Below are positions 9,147 to 19,000 of a stretch of DNA of 64,000 bases, piece by piece; within the stretch, counting starts at the first letter, position 1, and each line of letters begins with the position of its first letter. This DNA is from Escherichia phage JLBYU08: sequence record OK272482.1, one strand, 5' to 3'. Both the position numbers and the translations under genes were made by a program. The notes beneath the pieces were generated by a model. It searched no databases and was not told the DNA's origin. It was given only the letters and a program-made list of their open reading frames with translations.

Positions 9147-9760
9147 TGGATATTATTGTTCTTAACGCCCCACCCAGCAGTGGTAAGGATCACATTGCAG
9201 ATCTCTTGTTGGAAGCTATTCCTAACTCACACCACCGTGAGGTTAAGGAGATGCTCTTCAGTGTGGCAATTAAGGCAGCTGGTGTAACTCCTCAACTCTG
9301 GAATGCACTTTATGACCGCCACTACAAAGAAGAGCCTTGCCCTTTCTTAATGATAGACGGCAAGCATGTTTCTCCGCGAGAATGGATGATCCATTGTAGT
9401 GAAAATCTGATTAAACCTATCTTTGGTGAAGATGCTTTCGGTAAAGCCGCAGTCGCATCTTTGAAGAAAGATTTCCCTAAAGGTAAAGGGGTTGTTGTTT
9501 ACTCCGATGGTGGATTCAAAGAGGAGCTGGCATGCCTTAGCGAGTACGCGTACAGCACAGGTGGAGATCTGTTGTTGTTCCGTATTCACCGTGTCGGATA
9601 TGACTGGGGAAATGATTCCAGAACCTATCTAAGTCTGGAAAAGAACGGAATAAAAGGAATTGAGTTCGATGTTGTAAACCCTGAAGGTGCACCTTGGGAA
9701 TGTGCATCGGAGATTGTGTGCAAGTATATTGATGCTAAAGAGGCCCAAGAAGAATGTTAA
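9143..9760 (+). CDS. deoxynucleoside monophosphate kinase
   Basis: 205 aa; P-loop NAPPSSGKDHIAD resembling T4 gp1-type dNMP kinases. Confidence 0.65.
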   Translation: MMDIIVLNAPPSSGKDHIADLLLEAIPNSHHREVKEMLFSVAIKAAGVTPQLWNALYDRHYKEEPCPFLMIDGKHVSPREWMIHCSENLIKPIFGEDAFGKAAVASLKKDFPKGKGVVVYSDGGFKEELACLSEYAYSTGGDLLLFRIHRVGYDWGNDSRTYLSLEKNGIKGIEFDVVNPEGAPWECASEIVCKYIDAKEAQEEC

Positions 9761-10347
9761 TCGGTATTGATGTAGATTTGACACTGGTAGATTCAGGAAC
9801 AGCATGGTGGGAGTGGTTGGAGCGTTTATATGGTCCAGCCAGTAAGACAGTCACTAAACCTTCTAATGGGTTAATGTATTACGATCTGTCAAAGTATTGG
9901 CCTGATCGCCCCAAAGAAAACATCATAGGGCCTTTTGATTTCTGGAGTGACCCGTTCCTCTACGACTTTCTTAAGCCTGAAGAGGGGGCTATTGAGGTTA
10001 TGAAAGATTTGGTGGCTCGTGGTCACAAGCTTGCATTTATCTCGGTATGCAAGAAAGGTCACCTTGCATCTAAATCAAGGTTCTTAAAGCGTTGGACTAG
10101 TGATTTTATGGATCTGGACGATCACACCCAGGGTCACGGCTTCTACGCCACGCATTTCAAGGGAAATGTGGCTGTAGATGTTATAATTGACGACAGGCAT
10201 GAATACCTGAACCAATTCGCTTCACGCCCTGAAGTTATTAAAATCCTAAAAGATACGCCTTATGAGCAATTTGAGGAGTTAAAGGTTAGTGTTGACTATA
10301 CCGCTAATAGCTGGTATAAAATAGGAAAGTTTTTAGAAGGTATTTGA
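9754..10347 (+). CDS. HAD-superfamily phosphatase (possible 5'(3')-deoxyribonucleotidase)
   Basis: 197 aa; HAD motif I IGIDVDLTLVD at N-terminus, DD near C-terminus (IIDDRHE); sits among nucleotide-metabolism genes. Confidence 0.5.
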   Translation: MLIGIDVDLTLVDSGTAWWEWLERLYGPASKTVTKPSNGLMYYDLSKYWPDRPKENIIGPFDFWSDPFLYDFLKPEEGAIEVMKDLVARGHKLAFISVCKKGHLASKSRFLKRWTSDFMDLDDHTQGHGFYATHFKGNVAVDVIIDDRHEYLNQFASRPEVIKILKDTPYEQFEELKVSVDYTANSWYKIGKFLEGI

Positions 10348-10348
10348 A

Positions 10349-10549
10349 ATGGGCAGATGTTCTAAAGGTGGCGATCCTGTAGTCAGATACGGTGACTGGC
10401 TAGAGGTGTATGATCTGGGAGGTAAGCTGGTGTATGCCTCCAGGATCACCCAAGACATGTGCTCCGATATGTTCAACAGATACCTTGCATTTAAGGCCAA
10501 CATAAACCCAGACGAAATTTCCAAAATTAAAACAAGGAGAGCTAAATAA
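10349..10549 (+). CDS. hypothetical protein
   Basis: 66 aa; tightly packed between neighbours. Confidence 0.45.
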   Translation: MGRCSKGGDPVVRYGDWLEVYDLGGKLVYASRITQDMCSDMFNRYLAFKANINPDEISKIKTRRAK

Positions 10550-11532
10550 TGCTAAAACTGTGCACTGCAAAGATCATTGCTGACAGCATTTCCGAGAAAG
10601 GTAAGCGCATCACAACTTTTGAGCTAGAGTATCCTCGAATTATTCACTCAGAGCTTATGACGCACCGAGTGTTCAGCCGAAACGCCATGTCTTCCCGTGC
10701 AGTGCCTGTCGGAAAGATGCTACAACAGATTGTGGAGAATCCGGCAATGCCAGTTCGCTTCGGTGTAAATAAGCGAGGAATGGAAGATGGTGGGGAACAC
10801 GATCAAAAGATCCGTGTAGAGTACACTGATATGGAGCTAACTCCGGAAGAGTTTTGGAAAGAAGCTGCAAAAAACGCCGCTTGGCATGCAGAGAAGTTTG
10901 CCCTTGCTGGTTACCATAAGCAAGTATGTAACCGCTTAGTGGAGCCTTTTCAGCGCATGAAAACAGTTGTAACAAGCACCGAGTGGAATAATTTTTTCCA
11001 CCTCCGTTGCTGGCACGATGCGGATCCTACGATTCAGATGTTAGCTAATTGTATGTGGGAGGCTCTTGTGAATAGCACTCCTGAAATCCTTAAACCGGGT
11101 CAATGGCACACTCCATATGTAGAGCACGTTTATTTGGACGGGGAGTTTAACTACGCTGTACGTGACACAGAAGGAAAGCTCTGCATTCTCGATACTAAAG
11201 AAGCTCTGTCTATCAGTGCTAGTTGCTGTGCACAAGTATCTTATCGAAATATTGACAGCACGTTTGAAAAGGCAGACAGTGTGGCTAAAAAATTGATTGG
11301 TGGGGATCGTATTCATGCAAGCCCTTACGAGCACCAGGCAACACCTATGGATCACGATAACGCAATGGAACGTTTAAACTACTACCTGTCTTCATGTGAA
11401 ATCACACAAGACATCAGTACTTGGCAGGAAGGTGTAACCCATCAAGACCGTGATGGTAAATTCTGGTCTGCCAACTTTTGTGGGTGGGTTCAGCACAGAC
11501 AACTGCTTAATAACCACTTCGTGAAAGGTTAA
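10549..11532 (+). CDS. thyX: flavin-dependent thymidylate synthase
   Basis: 327 aa; ThyX signature (T)HRxxSxxxxSxR seen as THRVFSRNAMSSRA. Confidence 0.9.
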   Translation: MLKLCTAKIIADSISEKGKRITTFELEYPRIIHSELMTHRVFSRNAMSSRAVPVGKMLQQIVENPAMPVRFGVNKRGMEDGGEHDQKIRVEYTDMELTPEEFWKEAAKNAAWHAEKFALAGYHKQVCNRLVEPFQRMKTVVTSTEWNNFFHLRCWHDADPTIQMLANCMWEALVNSTPEILKPGQWHTPYVEHVYLDGEFNYAVRDTEGKLCILDTKEALSISASCCAQVSYRNIDSTFEKADSVAKKLIGGDRIHASPYEHQATPMDHDNAMERLNYYLSSCEITQDISTWQEGVTHQDRDGKFWSANFCGWVQHRQLLNNHFVKG

Positions 11533-11561
11533 TCCTATCACAGCGATAGGTAACTTTTGTG

Positions 11562-11590
11562 TTGACTAATAGTATTAGATAATCTATAAT
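11562..11590 (+). promoter_or_regulatory. sigma70-type promoter
   Basis: TTGACT-N17-TATAAT. Confidence 0.65.
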
Positions 11591-11630
11591 AATGGCTCAC
11601 TTTGTTGGTGAGCCAGAAATGGAGACAGAT

Positions 11631-12092
11631 ATGAGTAATGTTATGATTCCTAAAAAGACATTTATTTCAGTTACTTTGGATTTCCTATCTACCGTTCCCG
11701 GGTTTAACGTTCGCACACGAAACGGTCTCCGAGCTGCACTCTTTGCCGTAGGGTTTGATTTAAAAAGTATTGATGTTCTTCGTGGAAAAAACGTTCGATG
11801 CAAAAATAAGCCAACACATTATCGAAAGGCAGATGTATTTGCTGGTGTCATGCGTGCAGACTTTAGATACCCGCAAATGTATAACGGTGTAGATATTTTA
11901 GATGTGGATAAAGCACCTGGTGAGGCAATGCTTGTTCAAGATCTTCCGTATGATATTCCTGTAGAGGATCGTGTTAATGTAAGAAAGTATACAAAACAAT
12001 CTGAAAAGGCTGAAGATATTCATATTGTTGATGAACCTTTCAATTTTGAAGATCTGCATCGCCTGGAAAAATTATTCGGTATTGAAAGCTAA
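11631..12092 (+). CDS. hypothetical protein with helix-hairpin-helix resembling RNAP alpha-CTD
   Basis: The track ATG 11592 lies 2 nt after the -10 of promoter 11562-11590, so start is moved to ATG 11631 (RBS GGAGA). Contains VPGFNVRTRNGLRAALFAVGFDL. Confidence 0.5.
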   Translation: MSNVMIPKKTFISVTLDFLSTVPGFNVRTRNGLRAALFAVGFDLKSIDVLRGKNVRCKNKPTHYRKADVFAGVMRADFRYPQMYNGVDILDVDKAPGEAMLVQDLPYDIPVEDRVNVRKYTKQSEKAEDIHIVDEPFNFEDLHRLEKLFGIES

Positions 12093-12102
12093 GGTGGTGA
12101 AG

Positions 12103-12333
12103 ATGAGTCATAACTCCAAGTGGAAGGATCTTGGTTTTGCAAGTCGGTCAGAGTATGTTGGTTGGCTTTGGTTCAACGGCCTGACAAACGATATTAAAAT
12201 GTATGATGATGTTTATTATGACGAGTATACAGGCAAAATTATAAATATCTCTGTAGAAGAGGATACCTTTATCCAGCAAGATACTGATACCTGCCTTGAT
12301 AAATACGTTGATGAAGTGGAGGAAGCAAATTGA
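12103..12333 (+). CDS. hypothetical protein
   Basis: 76 aa from ATG 12103 (RBS AAGGTGG); stop overlaps nrdA TTG start. Confidence 0.5.
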   Translation: MSHNSKWKDLGFASRSEYVGWLWFNGLTNDIKMYDDVYYDEYTGKIINISVEEDTFIQQDTDTCLDKYVDEVEEAN

Positions 12334-14645
12334 TCACCAAGGTAATTAAAAGCAACGGATGTGAAGTGGCATTCGATCCAGAACGTTTAAATAAGGCAGC
12401 TATTTTCGGTGACGACGGTAACGGCAATTGGTCACATATTGCACTGGATGCATACAAACGACTGTATGATGGATGTACAACCAAAGAAGTTAACCAAGCT
12501 ATCATAGACTCCTGTGTTAGCCGTAAAGACGAAGCACATTCCCGTATGGCTGGTCGTGTTCTTATTGGTCAGATTTATAAAGAGGCTTTTGGAGGGTTTA
12601 CAAAGATCCCTTCCTTACCATCATTTTACAACGACATGGTTGAGAAAGGGTATTGGGAGGATATGGGATATAGCTTTACCGAGCTAAACACTTTAGACGC
12701 TGTTATTGACCACAGTAAAGATCTCGGTTATGGCTATGCAGTCCTTAAACAGTTTCGCGACAAATACGGGATCAAGGATACTCTTAAAGACACCTTGTTT
12801 GAATCTCCCCAGATGATGTTTATGGGGATAGCAATGGCTGTCATGAAGAATATGCCGAAAGAACGTCGTATCAACGATGTTGTAAAATTATACACTTATC
12901 TGTCCGACTTAAAGATCAATGCCCCGACACCGTACTTAAACGGGCTGCGCACAGGTAAGACAGGGTATGCATCTTGTTGTGTAATAAAAGCTGACGATAC
13001 AGCAAAATCTATTGGTGTGGCACGTGAAGTTGCGTACACAATGACGGTTAACCAAGCAGGTATCGGCTACTATTTATCATCAAGATCTGCAGGTGATGGT
13101 GTTCGCGGTAACACTATTAAACACATGGGTAAGATTCCATATTATCGAGGTATTGATGCTGGTGTTAAGGAGAACAGACAACAATCACGTGGCGGTTCTG
13201 CAACAGTATCATTCCTTGCACTGGACCCGCAGATTGATGAGCTAATCCGTTTGAGAAACCCTATGACTGTTGCTTCAAAAAGAATCAACACCATGGACTA
13301 CTCCATCGGTATTAATAGGTCGTTTATCAACCGTGTGGCTAAGAATTTAGATTGGATGCTTGTTTCTTATAAGCACGCTCCTCAACTGCATGAGGGTATC
13401 TTCACCATGTCTATGGAGGAGTTCGATGCAGAGGTTGAGCGTATTGCTAAAGATGACAGTATTCCTAAGACATGGATCCGGGCTAGAGATCTTGCTGTTG
13501 AGCTGATCACGCAGCGTACTGAGGTGGGAAGGCTGTACGTATACTGGACAGATGAGATGAATAGACATACACCTTTTAAAGATGTGATCTATTCAAGCAA
13601 CCTGTGTGCAGAAATAGCCCTCCCGACAAAAGGCTATTCAGATATGCGTAATATCTTCAAGTACGATGTTGATGATGGTGAGGTTGCATTGTGCTTCCTG
13701 TCATCTCTTGTAGCTGGAAGGGTTACCCCAGAGGAGTATGAGGATGTTGCATACTACACGGTGCTTATGATTGACAATGTTATGGAAATCATGACATATC
13801 CGTATGAAAACATGGAGAGTACTGTTAAAAAACGCAGATCCATCGGGGTTGGCCTTACCAATGTTGCACATTTTATTGCCAGCCACAAGGTTACTTACGG
13901 ATCTCCTGAAAGTAAACAGCTTGTTCACGATCTTGCAGAACTTCACAGCTACAGCTTGCATAAGGCAAGTTTACGGTTGGCAAAAGAGCGTGGTGTCTGC
14001 GAGTGGATGTATAAAACAAAATATCCAGAAGGTTGGTTACCAATCGACACTTATAACAAAGAGGTCGATAGTGTGGTGAAAGATCCTTCTCTTAAACAGG
14101 ATTGGGAAGGGTTACGTAAAGAAATCATTGAAAATGGTGGGCTACGTAATAGCGTTCTTGAAGCATATATGCCTAATGAAAGCTCTTCGCTGGCAACAAA
14201 CACCACTAACGGGGTTTATCCTGTCCGTGAGCACATTATCTTTAAAAAGTCGCCACAAGGGCAGGTGCTGTTTATCGTTCCTGAATACGATGAGTTGAAA
14301 GAGTATTACACTTCGGCTTGGGACGTTGATACTAACGACATGATCGATATGTATGCTGTGATTCAAAAATTCACAGGTCAGGCAATCAGCGCGGATTTAT
14401 ACATAGACTACACCAAGTTGAAAGATGGTAAAATTTCAATGAAGGAGCAGCTAGGGTACCTTATCCGTGCCACTAAATTCGGGATGAAGACATGGTATTA
14501 TTTAAACTCTAGGGTTGGTGCTGGTGACTCCTTGGCAGAGGAACTTCATGCCAAGAAACAGGCTGAAGATGAAACCAGAAAGAACTATCCTTTGATTGCA
14601 GATAGTTCAGTTGAAGATCCGTATTGCGAAAGCTGTGCACTATAA
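12330..14645 (+). CDS. nrdA: class Ia ribonucleotide reductase, alpha subunit
   Basis: 771 aa; N-terminal ATP-cone-like region, active-site NLCAEIALPT, C-terminal redox pair YCESCAL; TTG start. Confidence 0.95.
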   Translation: MITKVIKSNGCEVAFDPERLNKAAIFGDDGNGNWSHIALDAYKRLYDGCTTKEVNQAIIDSCVSRKDEAHSRMAGRVLIGQIYKEAFGGFTKIPSLPSFYNDMVEKGYWEDMGYSFTELNTLDAVIDHSKDLGYGYAVLKQFRDKYGIKDTLKDTLFESPQMMFMGIAMAVMKNMPKERRINDVVKLYTYLSDLKINAPTPYLNGLRTGKTGYASCCVIKADDTAKSIGVAREVAYTMTVNQAGIGYYLSSRSAGDGVRGNTIKHMGKIPYYRGIDAGVKENRQQSRGGSATVSFLALDPQIDELIRLRNPMTVASKRINTMDYSIGINRSFINRVAKNLDWMLVSYKHAPQLHEGIFTMSMEEFDAEVERIAKDDSIPKTWIRARDLAVELITQRTEVGRLYVYWTDEMNRHTPFKDVIYSSNLCAEIALPTKGYSDMRNIFKYDVDDGEVALCFLSSLVAGRVTPEEYEDVAYYTVLMIDNVMEIMTYPYENMESTVKKRRSIGVGLTNVAHFIASHKVTYGSPESKQLVHDLAELHSYSLHKASLRLAKERGVCEWMYKTKYPEGWLPIDTYNKEVDSVVKDPSLKQDWEGLRKEIIENGGLRNSVLEAYMPNESSSLATNTTNGVYPVREHIIFKKSPQGQVLFIVPEYDELKEYYTSAWDVDTNDMIDMYAVIQKFTGQAISADLYIDYTKLKDGKISMKEQLGYLIRATKFGMKTWYYLNSRVGAGDSLAEELHAKKQAEDETRKNYPLIADSSVEDPYCESCAL

Positions 14646-14652
14646 TTTTAAA

Positions 14653-14671
14653 GGGGCTTCGGCCCCATTTT
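14653..14671 (+). promoter_or_regulatory. GGGGC-UUCG-GCCCC hairpin between nrdA and nrdB (possible attenuator or processing site)
   Basis: Perfect 5-bp GC stem with UUCG tetraloop followed by ATTTT, 13 nt before the nrdB ATG. Confidence 0.5.
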
Positions 14672-14683
14672 AGAGGTAGAATA

Positions 14684-15772
14684 ATGGCTGTATTTAATGC
14701 TGAGAACACCGCTCATAAAACTGGTGACTATCCGCTGTTTCTGGGACAGCAAATGGGTATGTACGACTCTATCAACAAAAAATATCCACAACTGTTTGAA
14801 CTATACAAAAAACAAAAAGAGCAAGATTGGGCAGAGGATGAAGTGGATTTGTCGCAATCTATTTCAGATTTTGTAACATGCTCAAAGTCAACTTATGACG
14901 TGATGGTGCAGACCTTGATGTGGCAATGGGAGGCTGATAGCGTTGCGGCAAGATCGATCATCTGCCTCTTTTCACCATTCATCACTAATAGTGAGCTTTT
15001 CACTCTATTGATGAAACAGTCAGAGATTGAAGTTCTTCACGCACTAACTTACTCAGAGATTGTTAGACAATGCCTCCCCAATGCCCGTGAGATTATAGAA
15101 GAGATTCAGGAAAACCAAAACGTTCTGAGCAGATCCGGCGTTATTGTCAAATACATGCAAGAGCTTGAGGTTATTGGTGCAAAATACCGACTGGATCCTT
15201 CTAGTGTTGAAGAAGATATTGTGCGGAAATGCATTCTTAGAGCGCTTTTTGCACTTTTAGCCCTGGAAAGTATTGAGTTTATTGCAAGTTTTGCATGCAC
15301 TTTCGCAGTAGCTGAACAGGGTATTTTTGTTCAGGTGGCGCAGCTTGTTCAAAAAATCATGCTTGACGAAATGCTACATTCGAAAGGTGATTTTGCCATC
15401 ATTGATATCTTGCTTAACGATCCCGCATGGGAGAAAAGCTTCCTGGAGATAAAAGGGGAGTTAAAAGAGATTCTTGATGAAGTACGAACCAAAGAGTACG
15501 GTTGGAGTGACTATATTTTCAGCGAAGGAAGAGCGATTATAGGTCTTAACTCACCGTTGCTTAAAGAATGGGTTGACTATAACTGTTCACCGATTTATGA
15601 TTACTACGACATCGACAAAGACTTTGTGCCGCCAACAAAGGACCCGCTACCGTTTATGCAGGTGTGGATGAAACCTTCATTGCAACAGACGGCGAACCAA
15701 GAAATGTCGAACACTGACTACCGCGTCAACACAACTGTTAACGACGCTGAAGAAGAAATTTGGGAGTTTTAA
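14684..15772 (+). CDS. nrdB: class Ia ribonucleotide reductase, beta subunit
   Basis: 362 aa from ATG 14684 (the track start 14624 would read through the hairpin); ExxH iron ligand EVLHALTYSE; acidic tail EEIWEF. Confidence 0.9.
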   Translation: MAVFNAENTAHKTGDYPLFLGQQMGMYDSINKKYPQLFELYKKQKEQDWAEDEVDLSQSISDFVTCSKSTYDVMVQTLMWQWEADSVAARSIICLFSPFITNSELFTLLMKQSEIEVLHALTYSEIVRQCLPNAREIIEEIQENQNVLSRSGVIVKYMQELEVIGAKYRLDPSSVEEDIVRKCILRALFALLALESIEFIASFACTFAVAEQGIFVQVAQLVQKIMLDEMLHSKGDFAIIDILLNDPAWEKSFLEIKGELKEILDEVRTKEYGWSDYIFSEGRAIIGLNSPLLKEWVDYNCSPIYDYYDIDKDFVPPTKDPLPFMQVWMKPSLQQTANQEMSNTDYRVNTTVNDAEEEIWEF

Positions 15773-15775
15773 TAT

Positions 15776-16054
15776 ATGAGCTGCGAAAAATCTTTTTTCA
15801 TCATCATTTACGGTAAGGATAACTGCCCACATTGTGTCAGAGCAAAAGAATTTGCAATCAGCAAAGGTCTGCCTTTTGTATATAAGACACTTGGCGAGGG
15901 ATACACAAAAGAAGAGCTTATTGAGAAGTGTAGTCCAATCGTCCCCAGAACGTTGCCGCAGATCTTCTTAGAAAGCGATCTTGACAGTATCCATATAGGC
16001 GGTGCCGACGATTTCATCTCTTTTGTTAAGAATGGTTTTGGAGAGAAAAAGTGA
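15776..16054 (+). CDS. glutaredoxin/NrdH-like redoxin
   Basis: 92 aa; CPHC active site in YGKDNCPHCVRAKE; located between nrdB and nrdD. Confidence 0.75.
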   Translation: MSCEKSFFIIIYGKDNCPHCVRAKEFAISKGLPFVYKTLGEGYTKEELIEKCSPIVPRTLPQIFLESDLDSIHIGGADDFISFVKNGFGEKK

Positions 16055-18174
16055 AAGTTGTAAAACGGGACGGTAGAGAAGAGTTCTATAACGGAATTAA
16101 GGTGATCAAGGCGGCAGAGTCCGCCTTACTTGAGTCTGGACATACTGAAGAAGAAGCTTACCGGATCGCTTGTGCGGTTAATGAAGTTGTTGCTAACAAT
16201 CTACCAACCGACCAGTGCACGATCTCTGTAAAAAATATCCATATCCTTGTTGAAGATGCTCTTATGGATATGGGTTTAAAATGTGCAGCCAGAGAATACA
16301 TCCAGTATAGACAGACAAGAGATAATAACAGAGAGGCAGGTGGAAAACTGCTTGCAGATATTAGTGGCTTCTTGGATCGAACTTGTGATGAATTTACAAA
16401 AGAAAACGCAAATAAGCCTACCAATCATGTACACACTCATCGTGACCTGCTTGCAGGCATCCTTAGCAAACACCTTGCATCAACACAGATCCTGCCAGAC
16501 CGTGTCTCAGAAGAGCACAATAAAGGCTTCATCCATGTGCATGATCTTGACTACTTGATCAGTCCGTTAACAAACTGTTGTTTGGTAAATTATCCAGATA
16601 TGTTGGAAAACGGATTCAACATTGGTAACGCCCATGTCAGTAAGCCGAAGTCAATAGGGGTTGCAACAACAATCCTTAGCCAAATCTCTAGTGCGGTAGC
16701 TAGTGCTCAATATGGGGGTCAGACTATGAGCCATATTGATCATTATCTGGCACAGTATGCTGAGGCGACTTATGAGAAGAACCTTAAATTTTGCCAGGAA
16801 CATTGGTTGCCAGATGCTGAGACTGTTGCAATGCAGATGACAGATAAAGACGTATTTGACAGCATGCAGACTTTACTCTATCAAATCAATACGTTAACTT
16901 CTGTCAACGGGCAAACCCCATTCATCACATTAAGTTTAGGTCTGGACACCTCAGTCTTTGGTAGAATGATTACCAAAAACTACTTGAAAGTCCACAAAAT
17001 GGGTCTTGGTGAAGAACGTATCACACCTGTGTTCCCTAAAGTGTTGTTCTTCCTAGAAGAGGGTGTCAACATGAACCCTGGAGATCCTAACTATGATTTG
17101 AAACGATTAGCTCTGGAATGCTCTGCAGAGCGGATTTATCCTGACTTTGTTTCTGTTCCACTAAATCGTAAAGTGACAGGCTCGACAGATGGTAAAGTAA
17201 CGAGCATGGGTTGCCGGAGTTTTCTTAGCAAATACAATGACTTGGAAACAGGCGAGGAGAAATACCTTGGCAGATTTAACTTAGGCGTTGTTAGCCTTAA
17301 TCTGCCAATGATTGCGGCAAAAGCTAAAACGGAAGGTGTTGATTTCTTTGCAGTTCTTGACGAATACCTAGATCTTGCATACGAGGCTCACCTTGTAAGG
17401 GTTGATCGTCTAAAAGGGACAAAGGCAGGGCAGAACCCTATCATGTGGTGTGAAGGCGCTCTTGCTCGCCTGGACCCTGAAGAGAGTATTGATAAACTCT
17501 TCTACGACGGGTACGCTTCCATCAGTATTGGGTATATTGGTGTGTATGAAACCTGTCAGATTTTGGGCAGGGAGGGTGACAAGGCTTTAGCTCTTGGAAT
17601 ACTTCAGCACATGAGAGATGCTTGTGAGAGATACAAGAAGGAAAGTAGACTAGCGTTTAGCTTGTACGGCACCCCTTCTGAGAGTCTATGCTATAAAGCT
17701 GCAACCTGTCTGGATCGTGAATATCCTGAAGTGTTGAAGCACGAGCATGAATATCTCACCAACAGTTTCCATCAGCCAGTATGGATCAATAGCTCTCCTT
17801 TTGATAAGTGGGAGTATGAGGAAGGTTTTGCTATGATCTCCTCTGGTGGCAACATCGGATACGTAGAGACACCAAATCTGAAAAAAAACTTAGATGCTTT
17901 GGAAGCTCTTGTTGATTTCGGATATAAACACATTATGTATTTTGGTATCAACCAGCCTGTGGATAAATGTCTCAAGTGTGGTTTCTCTGGTGAGTTCAGT
18001 GCAACAGCTAAAGGCTTTGTATGCCCAGAGTGTGGAAACCATGAAGAGGGAACGATCAGCGTAATTCGACGTGTGTCTGGATACCTTTCCAGTCCTAACT
18101 CTCGTCCTTACAATAAAGGTAAGCAAGCGGAAGTTATCGAGCGAGTTAAGCACTACGGAAGTTGTGGTTGCTGA
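16051..18174 (+). CDS. nrdD: anaerobic (class III) ribonucleotide reductase
   Basis: 707 aa; TNCCLVNY active-site loop, zinc site CLKCGF...CPECG, glycyl-radical motif RRVSGYL near C-terminus. Confidence 0.95.
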   Translation: MKVVKRDGREEFYNGIKVIKAAESALLESGHTEEEAYRIACAVNEVVANNLPTDQCTISVKNIHILVEDALMDMGLKCAAREYIQYRQTRDNNREAGGKLLADISGFLDRTCDEFTKENANKPTNHVHTHRDLLAGILSKHLASTQILPDRVSEEHNKGFIHVHDLDYLISPLTNCCLVNYPDMLENGFNIGNAHVSKPKSIGVATTILSQISSAVASAQYGGQTMSHIDHYLAQYAEATYEKNLKFCQEHWLPDAETVAMQMTDKDVFDSMQTLLYQINTLTSVNGQTPFITLSLGLDTSVFGRMITKNYLKVHKMGLGEERITPVFPKVLFFLEEGVNMNPGDPNYDLKRLALECSAERIYPDFVSVPLNRKVTGSTDGKVTSMGCRSFLSKYNDLETGEEKYLGRFNLGVVSLNLPMIAAKAKTEGVDFFAVLDEYLDLAYEAHLVRVDRLKGTKAGQNPIMWCEGALARLDPEESIDKLFYDGYASISIGYIGVYETCQILGREGDKALALGILQHMRDACERYKKESRLAFSLYGTPSESLCYKAATCLDREYPEVLKHEHEYLTNSFHQPVWINSSPFDKWEYEEGFAMISSGGNIGYVETPNLKKNLDALEALVDFGYKHIMYFGINQPVDKCLKCGFSGEFSATAKGFVCPECGNHEEGTISVIRRVSGYLSSPNSRPYNKGKQAEVIERVKHYGSCGC

Positions 18175-18237
18175 TTCTTGACAAAAGCCACAAGGATGTG
18201 GCATATTATTGACACACAGTGAGCTAGGAGGTGCAGT

Positions 18238-18354
18238 ATGTCATCAGGTATTTATAAAATTTGCAAGTGCGGCTGTAGTTGTAATCTTCGTTGGTGCAAG
18301 GCACTAGACGATTTTATTTGGCATTGCCCTAAATGTGATGCGGAGTATCTATGA
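18238..18354 (+). CDS. 38-aa cysteine-rich (zinc-ribbon-like) micro-protein
   Basis: Not in the track (<60 aa). RBS AGGAGG 7 nt upstream; MSSGIYKICKCGCSCNLRWCKALDDFIWHCPKCDAEYL; ATGA overlap with nrdG. Confidence 0.45.
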   Translation: MSSGIYKICKCGCSCNLRWCKALDDFIWHCPKCDAEYL

Positions 18355-18824
18355 ACATTGCTGGATACACAGAAATATCTTACACCGAAGGACCAGGTAT
18401 TAGAACTGCCTTGTGGGTATCTGGGTGCCCACACGCTTGCCATGGTTGCTTTAATCAGGCATTTTGGTCAAAAGATAAGGGGAGGAAGTTCACTGAAGAA
18501 GACTTGCAAAAAATCTTGTCAGATTTAGATAACCCGTTTGTGTGCGGTATCTCTCTACTGGGTGGAGAACCCTTAGCATACTATAATGAGCCAGATATTA
18601 TTAGCCTGATGGAGAAAATTAAGGAAAAATTTGGTGACAAGAAAACTATTCTTGTATATACTGGGTTCACATTTGACCATATCTCTAGTGATGTTCTTAA
18701 ACTGGCTGATATCATCATTGACGGTAAGTATGTAAAAGATTTACCAACCAAGAAACCGTTCCGAGGCAGTGATAACCAAAGAATGTTTAAAAAAGTATCA
18801 GGCGGTTGGGTTCAGGTAGACTAG
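18351..18824 (+). CDS. nrdG: anaerobic RNR activating enzyme (radical SAM)
   Basis: 157 aa; CPHACHGCFN (CxxxCxxC) cluster motif. Confidence 0.9.
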   Translation: MNIAGYTEISYTEGPGIRTALWVSGCPHACHGCFNQAFWSKDKGRKFTEEDLQKILSDLDNPFVCGISLLGGEPLAYYNEPDIISLMEKIKEKFGDKKTILVYTGFTFDHISSDVLKLADIIIDGKYVKDLPTKKPFRGSDNQRMFKKVSGGWVQVD

Positions 18825-18827
18825 TTG

Positions 18828-18857
18828 TTGACAAAGCTTTGTTGAGTTGGTTATAAT
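18828..18857 (+). promoter_or_regulatory. sigma70-type promoter
   Basis: TTGACA-N18-TATAAT after nrdG. Confidence 0.65.
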
Positions 18858-18886
18858 TGCCGTAATGAAAGCAGAGGAGGTGCCAA

Positions 18887-19000
18887 ATGGCTAAAAAAGC
18901 CTTGAAGAAGGCGTACAAGAAAGAGATTGCGCTTGAGCTTAAGAAAAAACACAAGCGCGAAAAGAAACATCATGAAGATGAAGAGGGGGTGCAACAGTGA
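18887..19000 (+). CDS. 37-aa lysine-rich micro-protein
   Basis: Not in the track; RBS GAGGAGG; MAKKALKKAYKKEIALELKKKHKREKKHHEDEEGVQQ; stop overlaps next GTG start. Confidence 0.4.
   Translation: MAKKALKKAYKKEIALELKKKHKREKKHHEDEEGVQQ

Noticed and set aside
12330-18204. Numerous antisense or alternative-frame ORFs inside nrdA, nrdB, nrdD (e.g. 13347-13568, 13701-13961, 16158-16424, 17890-18204), and similar ones inside the ligase, polymerase and primase-helicase genes
   Set aside because: They are fully nested in strongly supported conserved genes and have no RBS or motifs. These are typical shadow ORFs.
18178-18209. Promoter TTGACA...TATTAT after nrdD
   Set aside because: The spacer to the best -10 is 20 nt. 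The spacer also contains hairpin GCCACA-AGGA-TGTGGC, which could equally be the nrdD terminator. Too ambiguous to list.
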